Positions 28,504 to 38,349 of a stretch of DNA of 64,000 nucleotides are shown here, piece by piece. The notes beneath the pieces were generated by a model. The model worked only from the letters and a program-made list of their open reading frames with translations, did not search any database and had not been told where the DNA came from. The stretch lies in assembly GCA_963826535.1 (NCBI GenBank), contig CAWGXL010000011.1, forward strand, positions 728,581-792,580, given 5' to 3'. How positions within the stretch are numbered: position 1 is the first letter of the stretch; every line of letters begins with the position of its first letter. The DNA comes from an uncultured bacterium (GTDB taxonomy: Bacteria; Patescibacteriota; Microgenomatia; Levybacterales; UBA12049). The position numbers and the translations under genes are program-made.

Positions 28504-28651
28504 AGTAAATAAAATCTTATATCTATTTAAGATTATGATTTCGAAACTAATTTGTCAAGAGATATATATTATTATGGGATTGGTTGTTTGGTGGTATTAG
28601 GGGAAAAAGTTTGTTTGTAAACAGGCAACTTAGTTGGTGTACAATGGATGT

Positions 28652-29014
28652 ATGGAGACGAATTCTATTTGTAAATCGTGTCAAAATCCTATTGCGCCTA
28701 CTTATTTTTTTTGTCCGTATTGCGGTAAGAAATTGCGGGAGCCTCCAATGCCCACCTCGGTTTGGAAGCAGATTGGTATTTATTTGTTTGCTGTTTTTGT
28801 TCCGCCTTTTGGATTGATACCGGGAATCAGATATATTCGTCAACCGGATAATAAATCTAAAGTTGTTGGGATCGTGACGCTTCTTTTGACCGGAATTTCT
28901 TTGTTGGTAAGCGTGTACTATTTTATGGAATTTATGCAATATTTTAATCTATTTTTCAGTAGTCCGCTGGGAATTGATAATGCAGGGATTGATCCTTTGA
29001 ACGGCTTGCAATAA
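28652..29014 (+). CDS. Zinc-ribbon membrane protein
   Basis: CKSC..FCPYCG plus two TM segments. Confidence 0.8.
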   Translation: METNSICKSCQNPIAPTYFFCPYCGKKLREPPMPTSVWKQIGIYLFAVFVPPFGLIPGIRYIRQPDNKSKVVGIVTLLLTGISLLVSVYYFMEFMQYFNLFFSSPLGIDNAGIDPLNGLQ

Positions 29015-29025
29015 ATTTTTAAGTT

Positions 29026-29847
29026 ATGGAAATTTTAAATTGGATTATTTTGTCTATTGTTGAGGGGGTGACTGAATTTCTGCCTGTATCTTCGACTGGT
29101 CATATGATTCTTGCTGCGGATATATTGGGAATTCCGGAGAGCGAATTTCTGAAAAGTTTTGAGGTTATAATCCAATCAGGCGCAATTCTGGCGGTTGTGT
29201 CACTTTATTTTAAAGTAATGCTCACAAAACGGGTTATATTGGTAAAATTACTCGTAGCGTTTATTCCAACAGGGATTGTGGGGTTGGTTTTTTACGGATT
29301 TATAAAAAATTCCCTATTGGGTAATACGGAAGTTGTTTTGTGGTCTTTGTTCATTGGCGGGATGTTTCTGATTTTTTGGGAAAGATATTATCAAAAGAAA
29401 CAAATCCCCCCAGCCCCCTTTAATAAAGGGGGTGTCCGAAGGACGGGGGATCTCGTGGTGGGTAAAATTGAAGATATAAGTTATAAAAAAGCTTTTATGA
29501 TTGGTATATTTCAATCAGTCGCAGTCATCCCGGGCGTATCAAGAGCAGCAGCGACAATTGTGGGGGGGATGACTGCGGGGTTGGATCGCCGCGCGGCGGT
29601 TGAATTTTCATTTCTTCTGGCAGTGCCGACGATGGCTGCCGCAACGGGTCTGGATTTGGTTAAGAGTAATTTTGCATTTAGTGGTAATGAGTGGGGGATA
29701 TTGATCTTCGGTTTTGTAGGAGCATTTATTACGGCAATGTTTAGTATGAGGTATTTTTTGCGTTTTGTGGAGCATCATACGTTTATTCCGTTTGGGATTT
29801 ATCGTATCGCACTTGCTTTGCTATTCTGGGTTTTGATTATTTACTAA
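29026..29847 (+). CDS. uppP: Undecaprenyl-diphosphatase
   Basis: TEFLPVSSTGH, PGVSR and FSFLLAVP motifs. Confidence 0.96.
   Translation: MEILNWIILSIVEGVTEFLPVSSTGHMILAADILGIPESEFLKSFEVIIQSGAILAVVSLYFKVMLTKRVILVKLLVAFIPTGIVGLVFYGFIKNSLLGNTEVVLWSLFIGGMFLIFWERYYQKKQIPPAPFNKGGVRRTGDLVVGKIEDISYKKAFMIGIFQSVAVIPGVSRAAATIVGGMTAGLDRRAAVEFSFLLAVPTMAAATGLDLVKSNFAFSGNEWGILIFGFVGAFITAMFSMRYFLRFVEHHTFIPFGIYRIALALLFWVLIIY
29401..29453 (+). repeat. Coding palindrome in uppP
   Basis: Encodes QIPPAPFNKGGVRRTGD. Confidence 0.9.
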
Positions 29848-29863
29848 GTTAGTAGTAGTGTTT

Positions 29864-30376
29864 TTAACAACCGGGGGCAAGGGGGTTTAGTTTGACTCCC
29901 AGTCCGCGCAGGCTTTCTGAGGTTTGAGTATTCATGTAAAACACAATCGGTAAATTACATATTCCGTTCTGGCTTAATTTTTTGCTTTTGAACCATGTAA
30001 CTGCCGCATCTTTGGCGCTTTCGATACTAACTGTTATGATCTCAACCTGAAAAGTATCAGGAACAGGGTAATAACTGATACTGATATCTTCTGTTTTGTA
30101 TATTGGATTGGTACCCGCAATAAGTGTCTTTTTTATTGCCTGATCGGAAACTGACAGAGGTTTTCTATTTGCCAATATGTCATTTAATTTCTGTCTGCTG
30201 GTTTCCTCATAGGTTATCGGAGGCTCGGCTGTCTTTGTTACGGGTGGCTTTACCTGCGTCTTTTTATCATCTGAGGATTTTTTTAAGGCAAATGCTACGA
30301 TCAGGAGAACTACCACAACTACAACAATTAATATGATGATCAAATTTTTTTTCTTTAGCATAAGATTGGTTTTCAT
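29864..30376 (-). CDS. Membrane-anchored hypothetical protein
   Basis: N-terminal TM helix; start position uncertain. Confidence 0.7.
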   Translation of the reverse strand: MKTNLMLKKKNLIIILIVVVVVVLLIVAFALKKSSDDKKTQVKPPVTKTAEPPITYEETSRQKLNDILANRKPLSVSDQAIKKTLIAGTNPIYKTEDISISYYPVPDTFQVEIITVSIESAKDAAVTWFKSKKLSQNGICNLPIVFYMNTQTSESLRGLGVKLNPLAPGC

Positions 30377-30393
30377 ATAATTATATAATTTTA

Positions 30394-31404
30394 TTAACGT
30401 TGTTTGCAAAAGCCATTGATGCAGTCCCGAGTTGGTTCATTACAATCTTTTTTTACATCACATCTAATTGGTTCTATGCATCTGCCACGTATACCAGATA
30501 TGTCACCATAAATCTGGCATCTTTGATTTCCGGGACAACCTCTATCATGGCCACATCCACGCGGGGTGCCGCTGCTACAGTATGGCAGCATATAAGGATT
30601 TTGTATACAGGATGCATTGGAGCAGTAAACGGGGAGGCCAGCAGTGGCTTCGTAGTAACAAGCGACGCAGCCTTCATCTGACTGGCCGTCTCCGTTATTA
30701 TCAATATAATCACCGCAGATTTCTGTTGCTGCTGGTGGGGGAGGGTTTGCTGGAGGGTTGACTGGTGGGTTTGCCGGAGGAATGACTATGGGTGGCGGGG
30801 CTGCCGGAGGAAAGATGCAAGCAAAACCACCGTTATCTCTTGGTCCGGATGTATCCATACCAGGCGGACATGGTACTCCTGGGGCTGTGCCGCAAATCAA
30901 TGCTACCGTGCTATTTCCTAGCAATTGTTCAGTACCAGCCGGACATTGTCCCGGAACCGGAGGAGGTCCTGCCGGTGGTGCTGCAGGAGGTGCTGCAGGA
31001 GGTGCACCCGGAACCTGACAGACACCTGCATCGGGACAAATCAAAACGCCGGGGGCGCCGCAATCGGCATCGGTTATACATGGAGGCGGTGCTTCGCCAT
31101 CTACCTCACTATTGTCCTGATAGGTTGCGCAACCGGGGTCTTTGGGGAGGCCTGCCGCTCCAGCGAAGTCAGCCGTGCCATCCTGATCATTGTCCGCTCC
31201 ATCGGCGCATTGACGAGCGGCGCATTGAGGTCCGGCAGGAGGCTGCGGACTTTGCGCGAAAGCTTTATTATTATCATGTGGATGCAGGAGAGCAAATAAG
31301 CCTCCAAGCATTAATAAAGGGATTATTAAAAGAAATACTTTCTTAGGAAATTTTAGGATGAGATAATTAGTTTCTTTTTGATTTAGCTTAAGATTTTTTT
31401 TCAT
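30394..31404 (-). CDS. Secreted Cys/Pro-rich protein with CxDGxDNDxDG Ca/metal-binding repeats
   Basis: Signal/TM segment; RQCADGADNDQDG and EICGDYIDNNGDGQSDEGC. Confidence 0.8.
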   Translation of the reverse strand: MKKNLKLNQKETNYLILKFPKKVFLLIIPLLMLGGLFALLHPHDNNKAFAQSPQPPAGPQCAARQCADGADNDQDGTADFAGAAGLPKDPGCATYQDNSEVDGEAPPPCITDADCGAPGVLICPDAGVCQVPGAPPAAPPAAPPAGPPPVPGQCPAGTEQLLGNSTVALICGTAPGVPCPPGMDTSGPRDNGGFACIFPPAAPPPIVIPPANPPVNPPANPPPPAATEICGDYIDNNGDGQSDEGCVACYYEATAGLPVYCSNASCIQNPYMLPYCSSGTPRGCGHDRGCPGNQRCQIYGDISGIRGRCIEPIRCDVKKDCNEPTRDCINGFCKQR

Positions 31405-31422
31405 ATTATTAAATTATTTTAC

Positions 31423-33333
31423 TCAAGGTGTAACACCGCATATAGTTTCTCCTTCATCTACAACGCACACTCCTGGGCCCGGTAGAACTGGACCGCCCCC
31501 CGCCGGCGCATAGGGTCCCGTGTGTCCGCTTTGGGTGTTATGGGAAGAGTACCATTTTCTAGTATGACGACCGAGCGGGCCGGTGACGATCTCATCGTCG
31601 AAGTGGTACGGGTTGTTCGCACGATACCACCGGCGCGTGTGGCGTCCTTGGGGGCCATCGATGATCTCATCTTCTACAAATCCAGGATTGTTATTCTCGT
31701 ACCAAATACGCGTGTGGCGTCCTTGGGGGCCATCGATATATTGTGGCGCTTCCCAATTCGTGGCACCTCGGTCACCCGGTGCTCTGAGAGGTATGTGGCT
31801 AAGCTCAGGCCAAGCGCAGTTTTCATTTACTTGAGCATTGCCATTATTATCAATACCATCACCGCAGATTTCTACTAGAGGCGCATTCTGAGGTTTTTGA
31901 CAGGTACCATTGGTACAAGTTAATTGGGAGTCGCAGCATCCTGCTTCAGGTGTGCAAGCCGCTAGCGCTTGTGCGCATGCTGCAGCAGGGGGGTTTGCCG
32001 GGGGCGGATTTGCCGGATCTACCGGAGGCGGGGCGGCTGCGCCGGCTGACTCAGTATCGTCCAGAAGGTCTGTACAGTCCGTGTCAGCGGGGAGACCTTG
32101 CGCTCCAACGGCGTCTGCCGTGCCATCGATGTCATTGTCCATGCCATCGGCGCATTGGCGCGGGGAGCAGAGACCAGGCGGGGGATTTACACAAACAAGG
32201 GTAACATCATCGCATTTTAGCGGGGGGCTACAAGGCTTAGTTCCGCCACAAGTTTCACCTATTGTAGTTGGAGCTGTGACGGTGAACTCGACTGTATTAC
32301 TTTGTTTACTCCAGTTGCCTACGCCGACCGCATCCCGATACATGCTAAATGCTTTATATACACCGGTTTTATCATCTACCTGAATAGTAAGCTCGGCTAC
32401 CACGGCTATTTCTTTTCCCGGTGCCACTGTCGTCGCGCCTATTTCGGGAGTAAGAGTAAAAGCTACAATGGTATCGATGGGATCCGGATCTTTGGCATCG
32501 ATCACTATTTTTTTGACGCTAAAATCTGTAGTACAGGGATTTTTGTAAGTAATAGTACCTTTGACTTTTTCGCCCGGGACAACATTTGTTTTATCAAGGT
32601 CAAGCGGTACTAAGACAGTTAATCCTGTACAGGCAGGTACAGGCGAAGCCGCAGGCTGACAAACATCATTGACACATTGCTGGTTAGGGGCGCAAAACTT
32701 AGGAGGGTCGCCGCAGAGAACTGCAGATTTACAAGTCCCGTCAGTGTCACATGTCTCATCTGCGCCACAATCGTTGGAGGTTGTACATGTTGCAGGTGTA
32801 GTTGCCGGAGAAGCGCCTGTTGAAGTTCTGGTTGCTGCAGATAATCGGCAACTTCTATTGACACATGTCAAGCCAGTTGCACAGTCACCTGTGTTTGAAC
32901 ATACTTGTCCGACCGTTTTAACATCAAGGATGGGAGTACCCTTGCATGCACCGAGTGCCATACAATAGAATTGGGGGGATTGGTTTACGTCGTTGAAGAT
33001 TTCTTCAGCGCCCCAGGTGCAGCGGACGGGGGTGTTTTGTGTACCCGCAACTTTACTTTGACAGGCGGTCTTTGCTTCATCACGAGTCAAATTGTCTATC
33101 GCCTCTACTTGGGCTCCATCGATAGTTGCAACATATTTTGCTTTGGCAGTGTTGTCAGTTTGTGCAAAGGTACTTATATTTTCAGGTGATTGCATAAAAG
33201 CAAACAGGCCTGCAAGCATTAATAAAGGTAGAATCAGGAGAAAACCAATCTTGGGAAATTTAATACTGAAATACGCAGGATCTTTTTTCTTATCAACAAC
33301 AGATACAGATTGGGCAGTTTCGTTTTGAGTCAT
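31423..33333 (-). CDS. Secreted Cys-rich modular protein (disulfide modules, Ig-like domain, DG-DN repeats, GRHTR repeats)
   Basis: Shares its N-terminal anchor and modules with 30394-31404. Confidence 0.8.
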   Translation of the reverse strand: MTQNETAQSVSVVDKKKDPAYFSIKFPKIGFLLILPLLMLAGLFAFMQSPENISTFAQTDNTAKAKYVATIDGAQVEAIDNLTRDEAKTACQSKVAGTQNTPVRCTWGAEEIFNDVNQSPQFYCMALGACKGTPILDVKTVGQVCSNTGDCATGLTCVNRSCRLSAATRTSTGASPATTPATCTTSNDCGADETCDTDGTCKSAVLCGDPPKFCAPNQQCVNDVCQPAASPVPACTGLTVLVPLDLDKTNVVPGEKVKGTITYKNPCTTDFSVKKIVIDAKDPDPIDTIVAFTLTPEIGATTVAPGKEIAVVAELTIQVDDKTGVYKAFSMYRDAVGVGNWSKQSNTVEFTVTAPTTIGETCGGTKPCSPPLKCDDVTLVCVNPPPGLCSPRQCADGMDNDIDGTADAVGAQGLPADTDCTDLLDDTESAGAAAPPPVDPANPPPANPPAAACAQALAACTPEAGCCDSQLTCTNGTCQKPQNAPLVEICGDGIDNNGNAQVNENCAWPELSHIPLRAPGDRGATNWEAPQYIDGPQGRHTRIWYENNNPGFVEDEIIDGPQGRHTRRWYRANNPYHFDDEIVTGPLGRHTRKWYSSHNTQSGHTGPYAPAGGGPVLPGPGVCVVDEGETICGVTP

Positions 33334-33417
33334 AAATACTCCACTGTTTTAAATATAATAGAGTTGTGAAACGTATGTCAAGGGACATTTTGATTTTGCA
33401 GTTTGGCGGAGATGATT

Positions 33418-33495
33418 TATACCCTTGCGGGCATTATATGTTATTTTTTAATTAGATAACGGAATATATACCCAAGCGGGTATTATATGTTATTT
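33418..33495. promoter_or_regulatory. Two 29-nt direct repeats containing ATACCC-N4-GGG(T/C)AT palindromes; putative operator
   Basis: 33418-33446 and 33467-33495, 49-nt period, in a divergent promoter region. Confidence 0.55.
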
Positions 33496-33529
33496 GATAA
33501 TTTGAAAATGGGGTATATAATAGAAGGAT

Positions 33530-34591
33530 ATGGCGCATAAATTCGATGTGCTTTGTATTGGGAAAACTACAATTGATCAATTTTTAATTCTCAGCCAATC
33601 TACTTTAAAGTATCATTTGGATCCGAAAACCGGTTTTCTATCTTTTCGGCATGGTGAAAAAATTGATGTGGACGAATTCGAATTTTGTATGGGAGGGAAC
33701 GCAACCAATGTTGCTGTTGGTTTATCGCGTCTGGGGCTTTCGGTGGCGTTGTGTTCTGAGATCGGAGATGATGAATTTGGTTTCAAAGTCCGCCGTGAAC
33801 TTGCAAAGGAGAATATAGACAAATCACATATGATCTACGCAAAAAACGCGCCGTCATCATTCTCGGTTATTATAAATTTTAAGGGAGAGAGAACTATTTT
33901 TAAGCAAAAAATGCAGAGGAAACATGATTTCCGATTTGGTGATATTTCACCACGTTATGTGTTTTTGACAAGTCTTGAGAAGGAATGGCGAAAACCATAT
34001 CTTCAGGTCCTTTCGCTTCTGGTTAAAAGAAGCTGCAAATTAGCTTTTAATCCGGGAACGTTGCAACTGCACGACGGGCGGGATATTGTTATACAAATAC
34101 TTGAACACACAGATATATTGTTTGTGAATAAGGAGGAAGCGGAAGAAATGGCTTGGGGACATGAGAGGCGGAAACGTGAAAACTCGCTAAAATATGTACG
34201 CGAACTGCTTGTTAGACTGCAAAAGATGGGTGCAAAAACCGCAGTAATCACAAACGGGAGATATGGATCGCACGCGATTGATGAATACGGGAATTTTTAT
34301 CACGAGGGACTCATCCCGGGTGAAGTAGTGGAGCGAACCGGGGCAGGGGACGGGTATACTTCGGGCTTTTTGGCTGCAACGATGTTGAATAGGCCTATGA
34401 AAGAGGCTATGAAGTGGGGAGCGGTGAATGCGGCTTCGGTGGTAGGAAAGATAGGCGCAGAAGCAGGGCTTTTGAAGAAAAATGCATTGGAAAAGAAAGA
34501 GAGGGAATCAGAAACGACTTTTGAGGTTCCCCACCGTCTTTTTCATCCGGTTTTGGAATACGCAATAGGAAAATTTAAACATAAACATTAG
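33530..34591 (+). CDS. PfkB family carbohydrate kinase
   Basis: GGNATNVAVGLSRLG, NKEE and TGAGDGY motifs. Confidence 0.92.
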   Translation: MAHKFDVLCIGKTTIDQFLILSQSTLKYHLDPKTGFLSFRHGEKIDVDEFEFCMGGNATNVAVGLSRLGLSVALCSEIGDDEFGFKVRRELAKENIDKSHMIYAKNAPSSFSVIINFKGERTIFKQKMQRKHDFRFGDISPRYVFLTSLEKEWRKPYLQVLSLLVKRSCKLAFNPGTLQLHDGRDIVIQILEHTDILFVNKEEAEEMAWGHERRKRENSLKYVRELLVRLQKMGAKTAVITNGRYGSHAIDEYGNFYHEGLIPGEVVERTGAGDGYTSGFLAATMLNRPMKEAMKWGAVNAASVVGKIGAEAGLLKKNALEKKERESETTFEVPHRLFHPVLEYAIGKFKHKH

Positions 34592-35334
34592 TTTGTATCG
34601 GCTGCAGGGGAAGAGGTTTCAGTAGTTGGAGCGGGACTTAAAGAAGGGGTGATTGAGAGTGATGGTTCAGGTGTGATGCTTAAGGTTGCCGAAATTGATG
34701 CTTCAGCTGTTACTTTGGTTACTTCGGGGGACTCACATATGATCGCTTTTTCAGATGCGGAATCTACAATATAGAGATCTATAAGTGCATGGGTTTTTAC
34801 AGTTTCCTGCTCGTTAGATGGAAGATATTTTATATTAATGTGATTTACCTGCCCGTTTAAAGAATTTAGGCCGTCTATTTTTTTATTTTTGAATAGTTCT
34901 TCAACCTCAATTTTATATTCCAGTCCGATAACTTTGTTTTTGTAGACCATGTAGAAAGGTCCTTGGGGTTTGTCTTTGGGACTTACGTATAATTCTCCCT
35001 TATTGTTCATGCAATTTTGAATTTTGGCGGCATCTTTGGGGAGAGTAATTGCTTTCTGCGGGGGAGTTACGGATTGTGGTCCGGGTGTACTTTTTGGAAA
35101 GGTGGCGAATAAGAGGATGCCGCCAATAATTCCAATGATGAACATAATAAGCGCAGTCCATAGGAGTGTAAGTTTGGATCGGGTCGGTTTTGGCGGTGGA
35201 GGCGGTGATTGCGGAGGCGTTTTCGGTGGTTGAGAGGGTTGAGAAGGAGGTTGGTGGGTTGGAACTGACTGAATTGGATTTGGGAGTTGTGTGGGTTGAG
35301 GCGGTTGAGATTTAGGCGGCTGGATTTCATTCAT
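34588..35334 (-). CDS. Pro-rich single-TM hypothetical protein
   Basis: Pro-rich N-terminus, TM helix, extracellular domain. Confidence 0.7.
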   Translation of the reverse strand: MNEIQPPKSQPPQPTQLPNPIQSVPTHQPPSQPSQPPKTPPQSPPPPPKPTRSKLTLLWTALIMFIIGIIGGILLFATFPKSTPGPQSVTPPQKAITLPKDAAKIQNCMNNKGELYVSPKDKPQGPFYMVYKNKVIGLEYKIEVEELFKNKKIDGLNSLNGQVNHINIKYLPSNEQETVKTHALIDLYIVDSASEKAIICESPEVTKVTAEASISATLSITPEPSLSITPSLSPAPTTETSSPAADTN

Positions 35335-35398
35335 ACTATCATTATGAGAGGTGAGGGACAGTGTTGTCAATATTAGTGGGTGGTATATAATAAAATAT

Positions 35399-36646
35399 AT
35401 GTTGAAGCAAAATAATTTAATTTTTCCAGATTATCAAGGTAATTCGCTGGTCAATATTCCTCACTCAATCCTTTCTCATTTTAAAATAAAACCTAGTAAG
35501 CCTAGTTTGCCAAAGCAATTTTTGGGAAATATAAATGGCTGCTCGAAGATTGTATTGTTCACAATTGACGGGTTTGGATACAATTTATGGAATGAGGCGA
35601 TCAAATATCCTTTTTTTAAAAAAATAAACGATAAAAAACTTGTTAATCCGATTACTACTGTTTTCCCCTCGACGACTGCAGCGGCAATAACAACTCTAAA
35701 CAGCGGACTTACACCTATTGAACATGGGCTTCTGGAATGGAATTTGTATTTTCAGGAATTGGATCTAATCATGCAACCATTTCCATATAAAATGATTGAA
35801 ACTGAATTTCATACTCTGAATAATTCTATTCCTAATGATCCGGAGATGCTATTTAACGGAACCTCACTTGCGCAGATTTTAAAGCTAGGGGGTGTTTCAT
35901 CAATGGTTTTTCTTCCACAAGTTATTAAGAATTCTCCCTATAATCAAGCGTTTGGTAAAGATGTGACTATAATACCTTATTATTCTGTTGCGGATCTGAT
36001 AGTAATACTGCGGCAAAAACTTGAATCAAGTACCGCGAACGCATTTTTTTATGTGTATATATCATCTATTGATTCAACAGAACATCTTTTTGGTCCATCA
36101 TCTGAACAAGTTAAAACAGAGATGTCGATTTTGTCATATATCCTTGAGAAAGAATTTACCAATAAACTTGATAAAGAAACGAGAGAAAAAATAGCTATAA
36201 TGCTTACCGCGGATCATGGTCAGCTTGACGTTAATCCTAGCGGGACGATCTATCTTGATCAATATCCTGAACTCATAACTTATTTTAAGAAAAGCAGGGT
36301 TGGCAGACCTATTCTTCCTACAGGTAGCCCGCGGGATGTTTTTCTTAATATCGATGATGACAAGTTAGATAGTGCAATTTATTTTCTAAAATCAAAATTA
36401 AGAGAAAAAGCTGAGGTAGTTATAATTACCAAGGAGATTATTAAGGTTCTGTTTGGTCTTGATAAACCGCATCCGGAATTTTTCAATAGGTTGGGAAATG
36501 TGTTAATTCTTCCTAAGGGGAACAATACAGTATGGTATCACTTTCTGCCAGACGACAAGTTTATTTTCTTTGGGCATCATGGAGGTTTGTCTAAGGATGA
36601 AATGATAATTCCATTTGTTTCAACTAGATTATCAGAGTTAAATTAA
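35399..36646 (+). CDS. Alkaline phosphatase superfamily / nucleotide pyrophosphatase
   Basis: IDGFG, VFPSTT, TADHG and GHHGG motifs. Confidence 0.9.
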   Translation: MLKQNNLIFPDYQGNSLVNIPHSILSHFKIKPSKPSLPKQFLGNINGCSKIVLFTIDGFGYNLWNEAIKYPFFKKINDKKLVNPITTVFPSTTAAAITTLNSGLTPIEHGLLEWNLYFQELDLIMQPFPYKMIETEFHTLNNSIPNDPEMLFNGTSLAQILKLGGVSSMVFLPQVIKNSPYNQAFGKDVTIIPYYSVADLIVILRQKLESSTANAFFYVYISSIDSTEHLFGPSSEQVKTEMSILSYILEKEFTNKLDKETREKIAIMLTADHGQLDVNPSGTIYLDQYPELITYFKKSRVGRPILPTGSPRDVFLNIDDDKLDSAIYFLKSKLREKAEVVIITKEIIKVLFGLDKPHPEFFNRLGNVLILPKGNNTVWYHFLPDDKFIFFGHHGGLSKDEMIIPFVSTRLSELN

Positions 36647-36650
36647 TCTT

Positions 36651-36868
36651 TCCCGTAGCAAGCTGACGGAGTATTGTCATTCCGAGCGACCAACGGGAGT
36701 CGAGGAATCTCATACTATAAAGTTAATCGGTGACATGAGATCCGCCACAAGGGCACTATCTCCACAAGGGACTACCTCTGCGGAGGGGCGCACTTCGTGG
36801 TGTCGCCTCCACCACGCTATCGCTTCGGTCGGGATGACAAACTTATGCGCTGCAAGCAGCAAGGAATT
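36651..36868. repeat. Composite of nested palindromic repeats
   Basis: Outer gcaagc palindromes; GTCATTCCG..GGGATGAC arms at 36676-36839; inner ccacaaggg modules. Confidence 0.75.
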
Positions 36869-36910
36869 AAGCCTTAATAAAGATTAAAAGATAAGCTATA
36901 AAAATTTTAC

Positions 36911-36940
36911 AATTGTACATATTGACTATTATGTACAATT
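36911..36940. promoter_or_regulatory. Toxin-antitoxin operator palindrome flanking the -35 box
   Basis: aattgtacata-N8-tatgtacaatt around TTGACT. Confidence 0.65.
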
Positions 36941-36956
36941 TGTCTAATATAAGAAT

Positions 36957-37208
36957 ATGAATTATTCTATTTCAGCCAGTAAATTAAAGAGTAAGGTTGC
37001 AGATGTTCTTAATGATGTGCATTATAAAAAAAATATTGCCATTATAGAACGCTATGGTAAACCTATTGCGAAGATTATTCCGATGGATATGTCTCATAAA
37101 AATATTTCTCATGTAAAAAAAGCATTAAATGATTACTTTGGAGTATTACCTGATTTTCCTGAAGTAACGAAAAAACGAGCTTCACGGAAGAAATCAATAT
37201 CTTTGTGA
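36957..37208 (+). CDS. Phd/YefM antitoxin
   Basis: ISASKLK...IIERYGKPIAKIIP. Confidence 0.88.
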   Translation: MNYSISASKLKSKVADVLNDVHYKKNIAIIERYGKPIAKIIPMDMSHKNISHVKKALNDYFGVLPDFPEVTKKRASRKKSISL

Positions 37209-37591
37209 AATATCTTCTTGATACCAATATAATTATTAATCATATACGTGGTAAAGAACGTATTAGTTCAGAAATCATTGAGCAGGGAGCTGCAATAAGT
37301 ATTATTACATTAGGGGAATTATATTACGGGGGATATAAATCAAAAAATCCAACCAGTTCGCTTAGGATCATCGCTCAACTTTTAGAGACATTAGGCATAC
37401 AAGTAGAGACTCTTAATAGAAATATCGTGGAAGAATTTGGAGAAATAAAAGCAGATCTTGAAAGGTTAGGGACAAGAATTGAAGATTTCGATTTACTTAT
37501 TGCTGCAACTGCAAAAACACAAAATTTCATTCTGATTTCAAAAAATATAAAACATTTTCACAGGATCGAAGGAATTAAGCTCTATAGGTAA
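37205..37591 (+). CDS. vapC: VapC PIN-domain toxin
   Basis: YLLDTNIII, EL..G, DLLIAATA and N.KHF motifs. Confidence 0.92.
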   Translation: MKYLLDTNIIINHIRGKERISSEIIEQGAAISIITLGELYYGGYKSKNPTSSLRIIAQLLETLGIQVETLNRNIVEEFGEIKADLERLGTRIEDFDLLIAATAKTQNFILISKNIKHFHRIEGIKLYR

Positions 37592-37719
37592 CTTCTATTT
37601 AATCAAAAGTAATTCTTACTCTCTGTTCCTGAAGGTTTCTAGCTTGTGGCTAAGTTATAAATTTACCGCAGCAAAATCTTGAAACGACTACCACGAATAC
37701 TTGTTTTTATGTGTATATA

Positions 37720-38250
37720 TCATCCATAAACCCCATGACGCGTCGGTGGCTGAACTGTCGAAACAAGTGCAACTTTTCTAATTTCTTTTCCTGCAACATG
37801 AAGAGGTTGGTCAGGTGAAAAACTTACCACACTACTAACTATTCCCTCTCGACCCCTTTCTTGTGTGATTTTTAAGTTATTATGTGTATTTAGGTGTAAA
37901 CCATCCCGCCATGCTCCTCCAACAAAATTAAAAATCAAAGTATACTTGCCCTTTTCACCATCAGGAGCGTTATCAGGAACCTTTCTAGGATAAACATCTA
38001 TTGCTACCGGATGGCTGTTTTTTCTGACAGAAGTACCTTTGGAATCTTTATTTCCCAGTGAAAAAGGGAGGCCTTCTAAATCTTCTCTTATTTGTTCAAG
38101 TGTTGCATCGGGTAACTTTTGAATTTCAAGCCCAGTAGCAGTTTGCGTATGAAATGTAGTTACTTTAAAAGTTTTAATTTTGAGGAAGTCACCACCGCCA
38201 ATTTGAACTTCGGGTAAGGGTTTGCCTGTTAGAGTTTCTGGTCTTCGCAT
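37720..38250 (-). CDS. Hypothetical protein
   Basis: 176-aa ATG ORF. Confidence 0.6.
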   Translation of the reverse strand: MRRPETLTGKPLPEVQIGGGDFLKIKTFKVTTFHTQTATGLEIQKLPDATLEQIREDLEGLPFSLGNKDSKGTSVRKNSHPVAIDVYPRKVPDNAPDGEKGKYTLIFNFVGGAWRDGLHLNTHNNLKITQERGREGIVSSVVSFSPDQPLHVAGKEIRKVALVSTVQPPTRHGVYG

Positions 38251-38349
38251 AATTTTATAATACTCTATGGAAGGGTTTAAGTCAATGACACGGGCAAAAC
38301 GGATTTTTTGCTAAATTGTCTTTGAGTAGTATAGAATAATATTAGTGCT

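Noticed and set aside
30400-33328. Numerous plus-strand ORFs over the Cys-rich genes
   Set aside because: Shadow ORFs caused by high GC on the antisense strand of coherent minus-strand genes.
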